Source: an uncultured Bacteroidota bacterium (GTDB lineage Bacteria; Bacteroidota; Rhodothermia; Balneolales; HLUCCA01). From it: 64,000 bases of DNA. A model generated the notes under the pieces. The model worked only from the letters and a program-made list of their open reading frames with translations, did not search any database and was not told where the DNA came from. The stretch spans positions 18,260 through 82,259 of the forward strand of contig CAMTWZ010000007.1 of NCBI GenBank assembly GCA_947085565.1, in the 5' to 3' direction. How positions within the stretch are numbered: the first letter of the stretch is position 1; the number at the start of each line of letters is the position of its first letter. The translations under genes were made by a program, and so were the position numbers. This document shows positions 41,616 through 52,525 of the stretch, one piece after another.

Positions 41616-42593
41616 TTATTTGCGAAATAGCCCCAAATTCTCAGATCGCGAACCTATCCTTGAGTGATATCCAGGATGCGAATTGCCACCATAGGAGCCA
41701 TAAAAACGGTTAATATGCATGGCATTCGAACCACCAACCGGATGTCCATGTCCCACCAACTCATGCATCAGAACGATTCCATTTGGAACGTTCTGTCTAT
41801 TTCCATCCGCTGAAATCATGACCCTGCCCCCGCCAGATCTCGATATCATAGCTCCTTGCCCATCATATGCCGTGACTTTATCCATTGATGTACCCGGAAA
41901 TAGTTTCGTGCTACCAGATACATAATCTAGGTCGAAAGCTATTTCGTTTGAATTAATCACATCGTACAGAGCAGATACGATTGGATTCGCACTAAAATCA
42001 AACGTACTTCCGGTAGTGGATAACCTGAAGCCGGATACGGTTTCGACATCCCCCCAAGTCCACGGCTTGTACCATACCGCCGCCGATACTTCCCATGAGG
42101 TCGCTTCAACAGAAATCCCGGTTTTACCCTGATGCAACGCATTTAGGTCGTTTGCCGCCCTTTGGCATTCAGATTCATCAGCGCAACGCACCTCTCTCCC
42201 ATCCGGATCGACATAAATCATTGGACTGTTCATCGAATACACATACGGACTCCACGTCGCGAAGTCTTCCGCCAACGGGTCCACTCCGAAGAAGCGTCCG
42301 GTTCCGGGCGAGTACATCCGAGCGCCGGAGTAGTACAGACCTAAACCGCTTTCACCATCTCGCCAGTAGCCGGTGAATCCTTGACGGACGGGCGTGCCGG
42401 TGGATGAGCGGCCCGGCATGTCCACGCCCCTTCGCCCGATTTCATCGGACTCAGGGCAGGCTCCTGGATAATAATCATTCGCTTCGAGCAAGGAGCCGCT
42501 GTTGGAGGTCCGCACCCGCACCGAACCCAGATGATTCGTCACTTCGGGTCGGGGTAAAATCTTGGCGGGATAAGCATTGATTCGCATCATCAT
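41616..42593 (-). CDS. Orphan RHS-repeat-associated core tip fused to a C-terminal polymorphic-toxin domain
   Basis: 325 aa. Residues 1-132 are the end of an RHS/YD core (NHLGSVRV…, GYWRDGESGLGLYYSGARMYSPGTGRFFGVDPLAEDFATWSPYVYSMNSPMIYVDPDG). Residues 133-325 form an unrelated AT-rich domain containing LMHELVGHGH. No YD-repeat shell or N-terminal trafficking domain lies upstream; atpC does. Confidence 0.8.
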   Translation of the reverse strand: MMMRINAYPAKILPRPEVTNHLGSVRVRTSNSGSLLEANDYYPGACPESDEIGRRGVDMPGRSSTGTPVRQGFTGYWRDGESGLGLYYSGARMYSPGTGRFFGVDPLAEDFATWSPYVYSMNSPMIYVDPDGREVRCADESECQRAANDLNALHQGKTGISVEATSWEVSAAVWYKPWTWGDVETVSGFRLSTTGSTFDFSANPIVSALYDVINSNEIAFDLDYVSGSTKLFPGTSMDKVTAYDGQGAMISRSGGGRVMISADGNRQNVPNGIVLMHELVGHGHPVGGSNAMHINRFYGSYGGNSHPGYHSRIGSRSENLGLFRK

Positions 42594-42603
42594 GCCCCAC
42601 CTT

Positions 42604-42672
42604 AGGGAGAAGTTGTATAAGAGTCAAGGTTAAGTTTCCGTTACGGACTCACTTAACCTCTCTTACCCTCCC
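42604..42672. other. Extended imperfect hairpin between atpC and the RHS fragment
   Basis: Three stem segments: gggag (42605-42609) with ctccc (42668-42672), aagag (42619-42623) with ctctt (42660-42664), and aggttaagt (42627-42635) with acttaacct (42651-42659). An A7 run follows on the plus strand, so on the minus strand the T-run precedes the hairpin. This is not a canonical terminator for either strand. Confidence 0.6.
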
Positions 42673-42686
42673 GGTAAAAAAATCTT

Positions 42687-43094
42687 CTACCGCGCTCCGG
42701 CCACCTTGAGCCGGTTCATCGCGCGGCTGAGCGCCGCTTCGGCGCGGGCTTGGTCCAAACCGGAAGTACGGTTCAACAACCGTTCCTTGGCACGTGAACG
42801 TGCCGCTTCTGCGCGGGCCACATCGATCTGATCAGGAGCTTCCGCCGTCTCGGCCAGTACCACCACTTCGTTCGAACGGACTTCCACAAAACCGCCGCTG
42901 ACTGCGAAAAACCTGAGGGTGCCGTCGGTATCGGTCACGCGGACTTCACCCGCTTCCAAGGCCGACATCAACGCCGCATGGTTCGTCAGGATTTCGAATG
43001 ACCCTTCGGTTCCCGGAACCCGGATGCCCGTGACAGAGCCACGGAACACCGGTCCGTTGGGAGTCAATACCTGAGCTTGGAATGGAGCCGCCAT
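42687..43094 (-). CDS. atpC: F0F1 ATP synthase subunit epsilon
   Basis: 135 aa. The N-terminal beta-sandwich plus C-terminal helical hairpin pattern, and the position directly downstream of atpD, support the call. Confidence 0.9.
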   Translation of the reverse strand: MAAPFQAQVLTPNGPVFRGSVTGIRVPGTEGSFEILTNHAALMSALEAGEVRVTDTDGTLRFFAVSGGFVEVRSNEVVVLAETAEAPDQIDVARAEAARSRAKERLLNRTSGLDQARAEAALSRAMNRLKVAGAR

Positions 43095-43097
43095 GGG

Positions 43098-44594
<1,497 letters not shown>

Positions 44595-44746
44595 TTATTG
44601 GCAGTGAGCGTGTGTTAAATAGCTTCCAAAATTAGGGAGAAAACTCCCGAAAAGCAATGCAGAAAGGCCTCCTTTTCGATTGAACGGCAGGGGCAATCTC
44701 CGTATTTTTCCTGATTCCCTAAGAACCTTTTAAACCCGTCCGAATT

Positions 44747-46066
44747 TTGGAAACACTACCCACCGCACGCCTTGCCTCCATCCAGGTGCTCACACGCTTC
44801 GACGACAGCGCCTATCTGGATTTTTCCCTGTTGAACGACTTGCCGCCTCAAGACCGCGGTCAGGCGCAGGAATATGTCCAAGGCATCTTGCGCCGCCGCA
44901 GCTACCTGGATTTCCTCATTGAACAGTTCAGCGCTGTCGGCATTGTCGAAATGGAAGGGTTTTTCAAAAACATCCTGCGTCTGGGCATGTACGACCTTCT
45001 TTTCATGGACGGCACGCCAGATTACGCTGCGGTGAACGAATCCGTCGAAATCGCAAAAACCCGCATCAGCGGAAAATCGGGAGACGTGGTGAACGCCATC
45101 CTGCGTCGTGTGCAGCGCGAAATGGCCAATCTGCCGAAACCGGCACACGAAGACCGCACCAAACTCATCGCCACCACATTTTCCCATCCCGAGTGGATGG
45201 TTTCCCGCTGGGTGGCCCGCATGGGTGAGCGCGACGCGTTTCTGCTGATGCAGTCGAACAACCGCCGCCCGGAATACTTCCTGAAAGTGAACACATTGAA
45301 GACGGCATCCCCCAACTTCCGTCTACGCATGGAAAAAAGCGGCGTTGATTTCGAAGAGAGCGAGTGGTTGCCTGATTATTTCAAAGTGAGCTCCTTGGCC
45401 GATGTGCGTTCCAAGGGCTGGTTCGAAAAAGGTCTTTGCCAAGTGCAGGACATCGCCGCAGGCTTCGCCCCGGCCATCCTGAACCCGAGACCCGGTGAGA
45501 CGGTGTACGACATCTGCGCGGCGCCCGGCACCAAGACCATCGTGATGTCCGGTATGATGAACAACGAGGGAACCATCCTCGCCATCGACATCAACGGAGA
45601 GCGCATCACCAAAATCGCGGAGAACGCGGAGCATTACGGTGCGGACAATGTGAAAATCCGCCGTGCCGACGCCCGTGAGGAACGCTTCAAACTGGCCGAC
45701 GCCGTGTTGTTGGACGCTCCTTGCACCGGAACGGGGGTTCTGAGCAAACGCGCCGACCTGCGTTGGAGACGCAAACCAGAAGATCTCGACCAGATCGTGA
45801 AAACACAAGCCGAACTGTTGGATGCCGCGGCGAACATGGTTTCCAAAGGCGGCAGACTCGTGTACACCACCTGTTCGCTCGAACCCGAAGAGAACATGGG
45901 TCAGATCGAGAACTTCCTCAAGGAGTACAACAACTTCGAACTTCAGCATCTGGGTGATTTCCTGCCCAAAGAAGTCCTTTCCGAAGATGGACTTTCCTAC
46001 CAGACCTGGCCGCACAAACACAACTGCGACGGACATTTCGGAGTCTTGCTCAAACGGGTGGTATAA
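44747..46066 (+). CDS. rsmB: 16S rRNA (cytosine-C5)-methyltransferase RsmB/Sun
   Basis: 439 aa (TTG start in the track). N-terminal NusB-like domain. SAM-MTase motifs are DICAAPGTKT, DAPCTGTGV and TCSLEPEEN. Confidence 0.85.
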   Translation: METLPTARLASIQVLTRFDDSAYLDFSLLNDLPPQDRGQAQEYVQGILRRRSYLDFLIEQFSAVGIVEMEGFFKNILRLGMYDLLFMDGTPDYAAVNESVEIAKTRISGKSGDVVNAILRRVQREMANLPKPAHEDRTKLIATTFSHPEWMVSRWVARMGERDAFLLMQSNNRRPEYFLKVNTLKTASPNFRLRMEKSGVDFEESEWLPDYFKVSSLADVRSKGWFEKGLCQVQDIAAGFAPAILNPRPGETVYDICAAPGTKTIVMSGMMNNEGTILAIDINGERITKIAENAEHYGADNVKIRRADAREERFKLADAVLLDAPCTGTGVLSKRADLRWRRKPEDLDQIVKTQAELLDAAANMVSKGGRLVYTTCSLEPEENMGQIENFLKEYNNFELQHLGDFLPKEVLSEDGLSYQTWPHKHNCDGHFGVLLKRVV

Positions 46067-48724
46067 GTGCTGAACGTGTCGGACATCCCTAAGAAATTCG
46101 AGCCCGGCTCGGTCGAGGCCCGTTGGTATGCCTATTGGGATGAGAACGGATTTTTCCGTTCCACCCCCGACGGGCGCGAACCGTTCACGGTACTCATCCC
46201 GCCACCGAACGTCACCGGTGTGTTGCACATGGGCCACATGCTCAACAACACGATCCAAGATGTGTTGGTGCGTCGCGCCCGAATGCTGGGCAAAAACGCC
46301 TGCTGGGTTCCGGGAACCGACCATGCCTCCATCGCCACCGAAGCCAAGGTGGTGCAGAGATTGCGCAAGCAAGGCATCAAGAAAGGTGATCTCACACGCG
46401 ACGAATTTCTCAGACATGCTTGGGAATGGACCGACGAGCACGGCGGCATCATTCTCAAGCAGTTGCGCACCTTGGGCGCATCCTGCGATTGGAAACGCAC
46501 CCGATTCACCATGGAGCCGGATCTGTATGATGCGGTTATCGACTGCTTCATCGAGTTATACGAGCGCGGACAGATCTACCGCGGCGTGCGCATGATCAAC
46601 TGGGATCCGGAAGCCAAGACCGCGCTTTCCGACGAAGAAGTGCTCTTCAAGGAAGTGCGCTCCAAGATGGTCCACCTCCGGTACGCCTGCACCGACGGCA
46701 GCGGGGATGTCGTCATCGCGACGCAACGTCCGGAGACCATCATGGCGGATGTGGCGATCGCCATACATCCCGATAATCCGAAAACCGCGCATCTCAAAGG
46801 CAAAACAGTCCGCATTCCGCTCATCGGCCGCGAAATTCCGGTCATCGAAGACGATTATGTGGATCCCGAGTTCGGAACCGGCGCCCTCAAAGTGACACCG
46901 GCTCACGACCGCAACGACTACGACATCGGCAAGCGCCACGGACTGCCCATCATCGACATCCTTAACGCGGATGGCAGCCTGAACGAGTCCGCGCAGATCC
47001 TCGTGGGCTTGGACCGGTTCAAAGCCCGGACCGCCATCATGACCCTGCTCGAAGAAGGCGGATTCATCGACAAGATCGAAGAATACACCACCAACATCAG
47101 CGTATCGGAACGTACCGATGCCGTGGTGGAGCCGCGCTTGTCGCTGCAATGGTTCCTCGAGACGAAAGAACTGGCCAAACCGGCCCTCGAAGCGGTGATG
47201 AGCGACGAGATCCGCTTCCATCCCGCCAAATTCAAAAACACCTACCGCCATTGGATGGAAAACATCCAAGACTGGTGCATTTCGCGTCAGTTATGGTGGG
47301 GACACCGCATCCCGGCCTGGTTCTACGGCGAAGGCGAGCAAGACTACGTGATCGCGAAAACCGCCGATCAGGCGTTGGACAAATCGCGGGTCAAATCCGG
47401 CAACGCGGCTCTCACCTCAGCCGACCTGCGGCAGGAAGACGACGTGCTCGACACCTGGTTCTCCTCCTGGTTGTGGCCGATCAGCGTATTCGACGGCTTC
47501 AAGGACAAAGACAACGCCGACATCCGCTATTATTATCCGACGAACGATCTGGTGACCGCCCCCGAAATCATGTTTTTCTGGGTGGCGCGGATGGTGATGG
47601 CGGGCTATGCCTTCCGAGGCGGCGTGCCGTTCAAGAATGTGTATTACACCGGCATCGTGCGCGACAAACAACGCCGCAAGATGTCCAAATCGCTGGGCAA
47701 CTCCCCCGATCCGCTCGATCTGATCGCCCAATACGGTGCCGATGGCACCCGCGCCGGCATGCTGTTCTCCTCCCCTGCCGGAAATGACCTGCTGTTCGAT
47801 GAAGCCTTGGTCGAACAAGGACGCAATTTCGCGAACAAGATCTGGAACGCCTTCCGCTTCATCACCATGCAGATGGAAGAAGGGAAAAGCTACACTCCGA
47901 CTCTCGAATTCGACGAATCGAGCTTGGCCGATCAGTGGATGCGCTCGCGCATCATGCGCACGCTCAAAGACGTGGATCAGCATTTCGAAGAATATCGGAT
48001 TTCCGATGCGCTTCAATCCCTCTACTCCTTGGTTTGGGATGATTTCTGCGATTGGTACATCGAAATCAGCAAACCCGCGGTGGATGTGAACCGGGCGTTA
48101 GGCATCTTCGAACTGCTCATGAAAATGCTGCATCCGATCATGCCGTTCATCACTGAAGAGATCTGGCAGCGCATCCGGGAACGGTCCACCAGCGAAGCCC
48201 TTACGATTTCCGCTTGGCCGCAACTCCACGAAGAGTGGATTTCGGATGAGGCCGAAGCCCGCTTCCTGCTTCAGAAAGAGCTGGTATCGGCGCTGAGGAA
48301 CATCCGCGCGAGCAAGAATCTGTCGCCCGTAGCGCCCTTGGACGTGCGGATCCGTCTCGAGTCGGACGCCGAAGCCACCGACCTAGATCGTGACCTGTGG
48401 ATTTTCCGCAAACTGCAGAAAACCTCTTCGCTCACTGTAGGCGCGGGCATTGAAAAGCCGAAAGGAAGCGTATCCGCCGTGTTCAAGAACGTGGAAATGA
48501 TCGTTTCGCTCGACGGACTGATCGACACCGAAGCCGAACGAGTGAAAGTGACCGCGGAAATCCAGCGTCTGGAAGGATTTCAGAAAAGCGTTCAAGCCAA
48601 ACTCTCCAACGCCGGCTTCGTGGACCGCGCGCCAGCCGATGTCGTGGCCAACGAGCGGCAGAAACTGGCCGATGCCACGCAGAACATCGAAAAACTGCGG
48701 GCCATCCTGGCCGATCTGACCTGA
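46067..48724 (+). CDS. valS: Valine--tRNA ligase
   Basis: 885 aa. HIGH-type motif (LHMGHMLN), KMSKS (RKMSKSLGN) and a C-terminal coiled coil. GTG start directly after the rsmB stop. Confidence 0.95.
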   Translation: MLNVSDIPKKFEPGSVEARWYAYWDENGFFRSTPDGREPFTVLIPPPNVTGVLHMGHMLNNTIQDVLVRRARMLGKNACWVPGTDHASIATEAKVVQRLRKQGIKKGDLTRDEFLRHAWEWTDEHGGIILKQLRTLGASCDWKRTRFTMEPDLYDAVIDCFIELYERGQIYRGVRMINWDPEAKTALSDEEVLFKEVRSKMVHLRYACTDGSGDVVIATQRPETIMADVAIAIHPDNPKTAHLKGKTVRIPLIGREIPVIEDDYVDPEFGTGALKVTPAHDRNDYDIGKRHGLPIIDILNADGSLNESAQILVGLDRFKARTAIMTLLEEGGFIDKIEEYTTNISVSERTDAVVEPRLSLQWFLETKELAKPALEAVMSDEIRFHPAKFKNTYRHWMENIQDWCISRQLWWGHRIPAWFYGEGEQDYVIAKTADQALDKSRVKSGNAALTSADLRQEDDVLDTWFSSWLWPISVFDGFKDKDNADIRYYYPTNDLVTAPEIMFFWVARMVMAGYAFRGGVPFKNVYYTGIVRDKQRRKMSKSLGNSPDPLDLIAQYGADGTRAGMLFSSPAGNDLLFDEALVEQGRNFANKIWNAFRFITMQMEEGKSYTPTLEFDESSLADQWMRSRIMRTLKDVDQHFEEYRISDALQSLYSLVWDDFCDWYIEISKPAVDVNRALGIFELLMKMLHPIMPFITEEIWQRIRERSTSEALTISAWPQLHEEWISDEAEARFLLQKELVSALRNIRASKNLSPVAPLDVRIRLESDAEATDLDRDLWIFRKLQKTSSLTVGAGIEKPKGSVSAVFKNVEMIVSLDGLIDTEAERVKVTAEIQRLEGFQKSVQAKLSNAGFVDRAPADVVANERQKLADATQNIEKLRAILADLT

Positions 48725-48730
48725 TTCCTC

Positions 48731-51025
48731 ATGAAGACGTTCTCCTTACACCCTGAGCCGCCCAGACAGGAACAGGCGAGCGTGCTCACCTTCTTGAACG
48801 AGCTGAACGGTCCGCAGAAAGAAGCCACGGTTCACTCGAACGGTCCCCTGCTGATCATCGCAGGTGCCGGGTCGGGAAAGACGCGGGTCCTCACATTCCG
48901 CATCGCGCATCTGTTGGCCGCGAACAAAGCCTATGCCTCGCAGATCCTGGCGCTGACCTTCACCAACAAGGCCGCCAAGGAAATGAAGGAGCGGATCACG
49001 AAGCTCATCGGTCCGGAAGCCTCCCGCTTATGGATGGGAACCTTCCACTCCATTTTCGGACGGATACTGCGTGTGGAAGGTCCGCATCTGGGCTACACCC
49101 CCGATTTCAGCATCTACGACACCGACGACCAGGATCGGGCCATCAAGGGCATCCTTCAGGAACTCAAGCTCGATTCGAAAGAAGTGAAAGCCTCGCAGAT
49201 CCGGTTCCGCATATCCGGAGCGAAAAACCAGCTGATCTATCCCGAAGAATACGCGAACAAATTCGTGGGCAGTTCCATGGACGACATCGCCGCGCAGGTC
49301 TATCCGCGGTACATCGAGCGACTCAAGGCTCAGAACGCGATGGATTTCGATGACCTGCTCATCAAACCCATCGAACTGTTCAACCAGTTTCCGGAGCGCT
49401 TGCAACTGTACCAGGAAAAGTTCAAGTACATCCTCATCGACGAATATCAGGATACGAACCGGGCGCAGTACGAAGTCTCCAAAATGCTCGCGGCCACGCA
49501 CAAGAACATCTGCGTGGTGGGAGACGACGCTCAGAGCATTTATTCCTTCCGCGGGGCGGACATCTCCAACATCCTCAACTTCAAAGAGGATTATCCGGAA
49601 GCCACTCAAATCGCCTTGGAGCAGAATTACCGCAGCACGAAAGTGATTCTCAAGTGCGCAGACAGCATCATCAAGCAGAACAAGCGCCAGCTCGAGAAAA
49701 CGTTGTGGACCGAGAACGACATCGGAAAGCCGATCACCTTGCTCGACAACTTCAATGAGCGCGAAGAAGCGCAGCGCGTGGCCTCGCACATCCAGCAACT
49801 GCGCTTGCGGGAAGGATATAAGAATCACGACTTCGCGATCCTGTACCGCACCAACTATCAAAGCCGGGTGTTCGAAGATGCCCTTCGCAAAGCCGACATC
49901 AAGTATCAATTGGTGGGTGGCGTGTCGTTCTATCAGCGCAAAGAAGTGAAGGATGTGGTGGCGTATCTGCGATTGTTGGTGAACACGGCCGATGAGGAAG
50001 CCCTCAAGCGCGTGATCAACGAACCGGCGCGCGGCATCGGCGACAAATCCATCGACAGCCTGAAATCCGCCGCTCGTGCCCAGGAAAAACCCTTATGGGA
50101 GATGTTGACGGATTCGGCGGCATTGGCGGAGGTGTATAAGCCGGCGCAGATCCGCATCCGGGAATTCAAGCAGACCATCGAAGAGGCCCGGGAGCAGATC
50201 AAGTCCGCCTCCATCGTCGAAACCACACGCACTTTGCTTGAGAAAACCGGGTACGTGAAGCAATTCATCGAAGAGAACACGAAAGAATCGCTGGATCGGC
50301 GTCAGAACGTGATGGAATTGCTCAACTACATCGCCGATTACGAGCGATCGGAAGAGACGCCGACACTGACCGGATTCCTGCAGGAAGTGTCTTTGGTGAG
50401 TGATATCGACCAGATGGAAGACAATGCTCCGAAAGTGACCTTGATGAGCATCCATGCCTCGAAAGGACTGGAGTTTCCGGTCGTTTTCGTGGTGGGCATG
50501 GAAGAAGAGCTCTTCCCCATCGGCGGACGCGGCGGCGAGGAAGTGGATCTGGAAGAAGAACGCCGCTTGTTTTATGTGGCCATCACCCGGGCGCAGAAAG
50601 AGCTGTTCTTTTCACATGCCCGAAGCCGCTACAAATATGGAGAGGAAAAGACCGCGTTGCGCTCGCGATTTCTGGATGAAGTGGACAAAGGCGTGGTGCG
50701 AACCGAAACCGGAGCCACCATTTCACAGCGCACGGATCGGTTCAAAGTGACCGGATCGGGGTACAACGTGGAATACGAACCCAAGATCCTACCCGTTATC
50801 CAACCCAAGCCGAAACTGTCGAGCTCCAATGTGAGTGTGGAGTACGACATGGCTGAACTTCATCAACTCGTGACCGGAGCGCGCGTGTATCACGACACTT
50901 TCGGCGCTGGAAAAATCATCAATAAAGAGGGCAGCGGAACAGAGGCCAAACTTACGGTGTTCTTTCCCGAGCATGGTCAGAAGAAGCTGATCGTCAAGTT
51001 TGCCAAGCTCCGTATTTTGCAATAA
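48731..51025 (+). CDS. pcrA: UvrD/PcrA/Rep-family ATP-dependent DNA helicase
   Basis: 764 aa. Motif I AGAGSGKT, motif II DEYQDTN, and other SF1 motifs (…TFHS…, …VGDDAQSIYSFRGA…). Confidence 0.9.
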   Translation: MKTFSLHPEPPRQEQASVLTFLNELNGPQKEATVHSNGPLLIIAGAGSGKTRVLTFRIAHLLAANKAYASQILALTFTNKAAKEMKERITKLIGPEASRLWMGTFHSIFGRILRVEGPHLGYTPDFSIYDTDDQDRAIKGILQELKLDSKEVKASQIRFRISGAKNQLIYPEEYANKFVGSSMDDIAAQVYPRYIERLKAQNAMDFDDLLIKPIELFNQFPERLQLYQEKFKYILIDEYQDTNRAQYEVSKMLAATHKNICVVGDDAQSIYSFRGADISNILNFKEDYPEATQIALEQNYRSTKVILKCADSIIKQNKRQLEKTLWTENDIGKPITLLDNFNEREEAQRVASHIQQLRLREGYKNHDFAILYRTNYQSRVFEDALRKADIKYQLVGGVSFYQRKEVKDVVAYLRLLVNTADEEALKRVINEPARGIGDKSIDSLKSAARAQEKPLWEMLTDSAALAEVYKPAQIRIREFKQTIEEAREQIKSASIVETTRTLLEKTGYVKQFIEENTKESLDRRQNVMELLNYIADYERSEETPTLTGFLQEVSLVSDIDQMEDNAPKVTLMSIHASKGLEFPVVFVVGMEEELFPIGGRGGEEVDLEEERRLFYVAITRAQKELFFSHARSRYKYGEEKTALRSRFLDEVDKGVVRTETGATISQRTDRFKVTGSGYNVEYEPKILPVIQPKPKLSSSNVSVEYDMAELHQLVTGARVYHDTFGAGKIINKEGSGTEAKLTVFFPEHGQKKLIVKFAKLRILQ

Positions 51026-51038
51026 CCAAATTCGTCGT

Positions 51039-52433
51039 TTGAAATCTCTGCTTCTCTTTTGCGGGTTTGTTGTGGTTGGCGCTGTTCAAGCCCAACCCGT
51101 CTTTTCCCCACGCTTGCAGGCGTTAGGCGGAACGGGAACGGCCATATCCAGCGGAATCGAAGCCACGTTCAGCAATCCGGCGAATCTGATGATCCGAAAC
51201 CATCGACAAGGGTTTCTTTTGCATGCCGGATTGCTCTCATTTCAATCGAGTTTGGAACTGACCCTGGATCACGCGGTGCGGCCCTTTCAGATCTGGGATA
51301 CCGGAAGTTCCACGCCGATCGCCTCACACCATAGCGGTAACGCATCTTTCGACAACCTTCTCGCCGGATTCAGTTACACCTCTCCGAGCTTCGGAGTGTC
51401 GTTGGGATGGAGAATCCGCGGAGAGAACACATGGTCGGCTGGAAACGGCTGGTACGACACCACCACGGAGGTGGTCGACCGCTCACTCACGCAAAACCTG
51501 AATATCCGGCATGAATTCGGACTTGGAATCGCCTGGGAATACGAGCTCATCAGCGGATGGCTCACCGACCTGAGCAAACTGCATGTCGGAGTGACACCGA
51601 AAGTCGTGATTCCCGGACTTTTCATCGAACAGCAGATCCAATCGATCTATGGCCAGACGGAATCGGGAATACCCACGCATGTCGGATCGTACGACCTGCT
51701 GAGCGCCGGCGCGATGGGAAATTTCGCCACCGGAGCAGACGGTTTGCCGTTGCGGATGGAGGATATGCTCACACCCACCGGAATCGGCGGTGGCTTGGAC
51801 ATGGGCTTCACCTACATCATCGGTCTTGGAAACGAGCAATCATTGGGATTCCGCCGACGCGATGAGACCAAGAATTCGATCCGATTGTCGGCATCCATCA
51901 ATGATGTGGGCATTGTGAGTCACACGAAGTTACCGGTTCGCAGATCTGCGGGTTCCGAATCTGCGACGAACGCACCTATCTCGGCGCCACTCACCTCCGG
52001 ATACATCGGAGCGGCAGGGCAGTTTGAAGCCATTCTGGCAGAAACTGTCACCGAAAAAGGCATCCGTGACCGATCGGTTCCCGGCGAAACCGGAAGCATC
52101 AATCTCACTCTTCCCACCATGATGAATGGTGGCGGCGCGATTCAGCTCAACCGCGTGTTGTTCACGGGCGACATCCGCATACCGCTCTCCACGCATCCCT
52201 ATTATGCCGACAGCCGGACGCTTCGCATCGGAACCGAACTCAAACTTCTGCGCACCTTGCCCTTGCGCGGCGGAGTGGTCTTCCGCGAAGGATATGAAAC
52301 CACATACACCGCCGGATTCGCATTGGATTTCAGAAACATCGATTTTTCGACGGCTTTGCAATTCCGGGTGACCGATGCGGGCGATTTCCAGCCCGTGGGA
52401 TTAGGCGTCGCGGCTCTGCATATCCGTCTCTGA
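51039..52433 (+). CDS. Hypothetical outer-membrane beta-barrel protein (FadL/PorV/TraF-like N-terminal motif)
   Basis: The track start (51000) lies inside pcrA. TTG at 51039 gives LKSLLLFCGFVVVGAVQAQ, a signal peptide. ALGGTGTAISSGIEATFSNPANL resembles the N-terminal motif of FadL-like/PorV-PorQ-type barrels. A strand-like alternation continues to the C-terminus. Confidence 0.5.
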   Translation: MKSLLLFCGFVVVGAVQAQPVFSPRLQALGGTGTAISSGIEATFSNPANLMIRNHRQGFLLHAGLLSFQSSLELTLDHAVRPFQIWDTGSSTPIASHHSGNASFDNLLAGFSYTSPSFGVSLGWRIRGENTWSAGNGWYDTTTEVVDRSLTQNLNIRHEFGLGIAWEYELISGWLTDLSKLHVGVTPKVVIPGLFIEQQIQSIYGQTESGIPTHVGSYDLLSAGAMGNFATGADGLPLRMEDMLTPTGIGGGLDMGFTYIIGLGNEQSLGFRRRDETKNSIRLSASINDVGIVSHTKLPVRRSAGSESATNAPISAPLTSGYIGAAGQFEAILAETVTEKGIRDRSVPGETGSINLTLPTMMNGGGAIQLNRVLFTGDIRIPLSTHPYYADSRTLRIGTELKLLRTLPLRGGVVFREGYETTYTAGFALDFRNIDFSTALQFRVTDAGDFQPVGLGVAALHIRL

Positions 52434-52525
52434 AACTGTTAAATTGGCAGAATAGATGGATCAGCCTTCGGATTGGCTGAATCCTTGTACCGACGAAGGG
52501 AAACAACACAAAAGGAACCCTTTTC

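Noticed and set aside
40985-42686. RHS islet as a mobile element or prophage remnant
   Set aside because: I saw no integrase, transposase, tRNA target or flanking direct repeats. Only the composition shift and the RHS-tip architecture support horizontal origin, so it is reported as an orphan toxin cassette rather than a mobile element.
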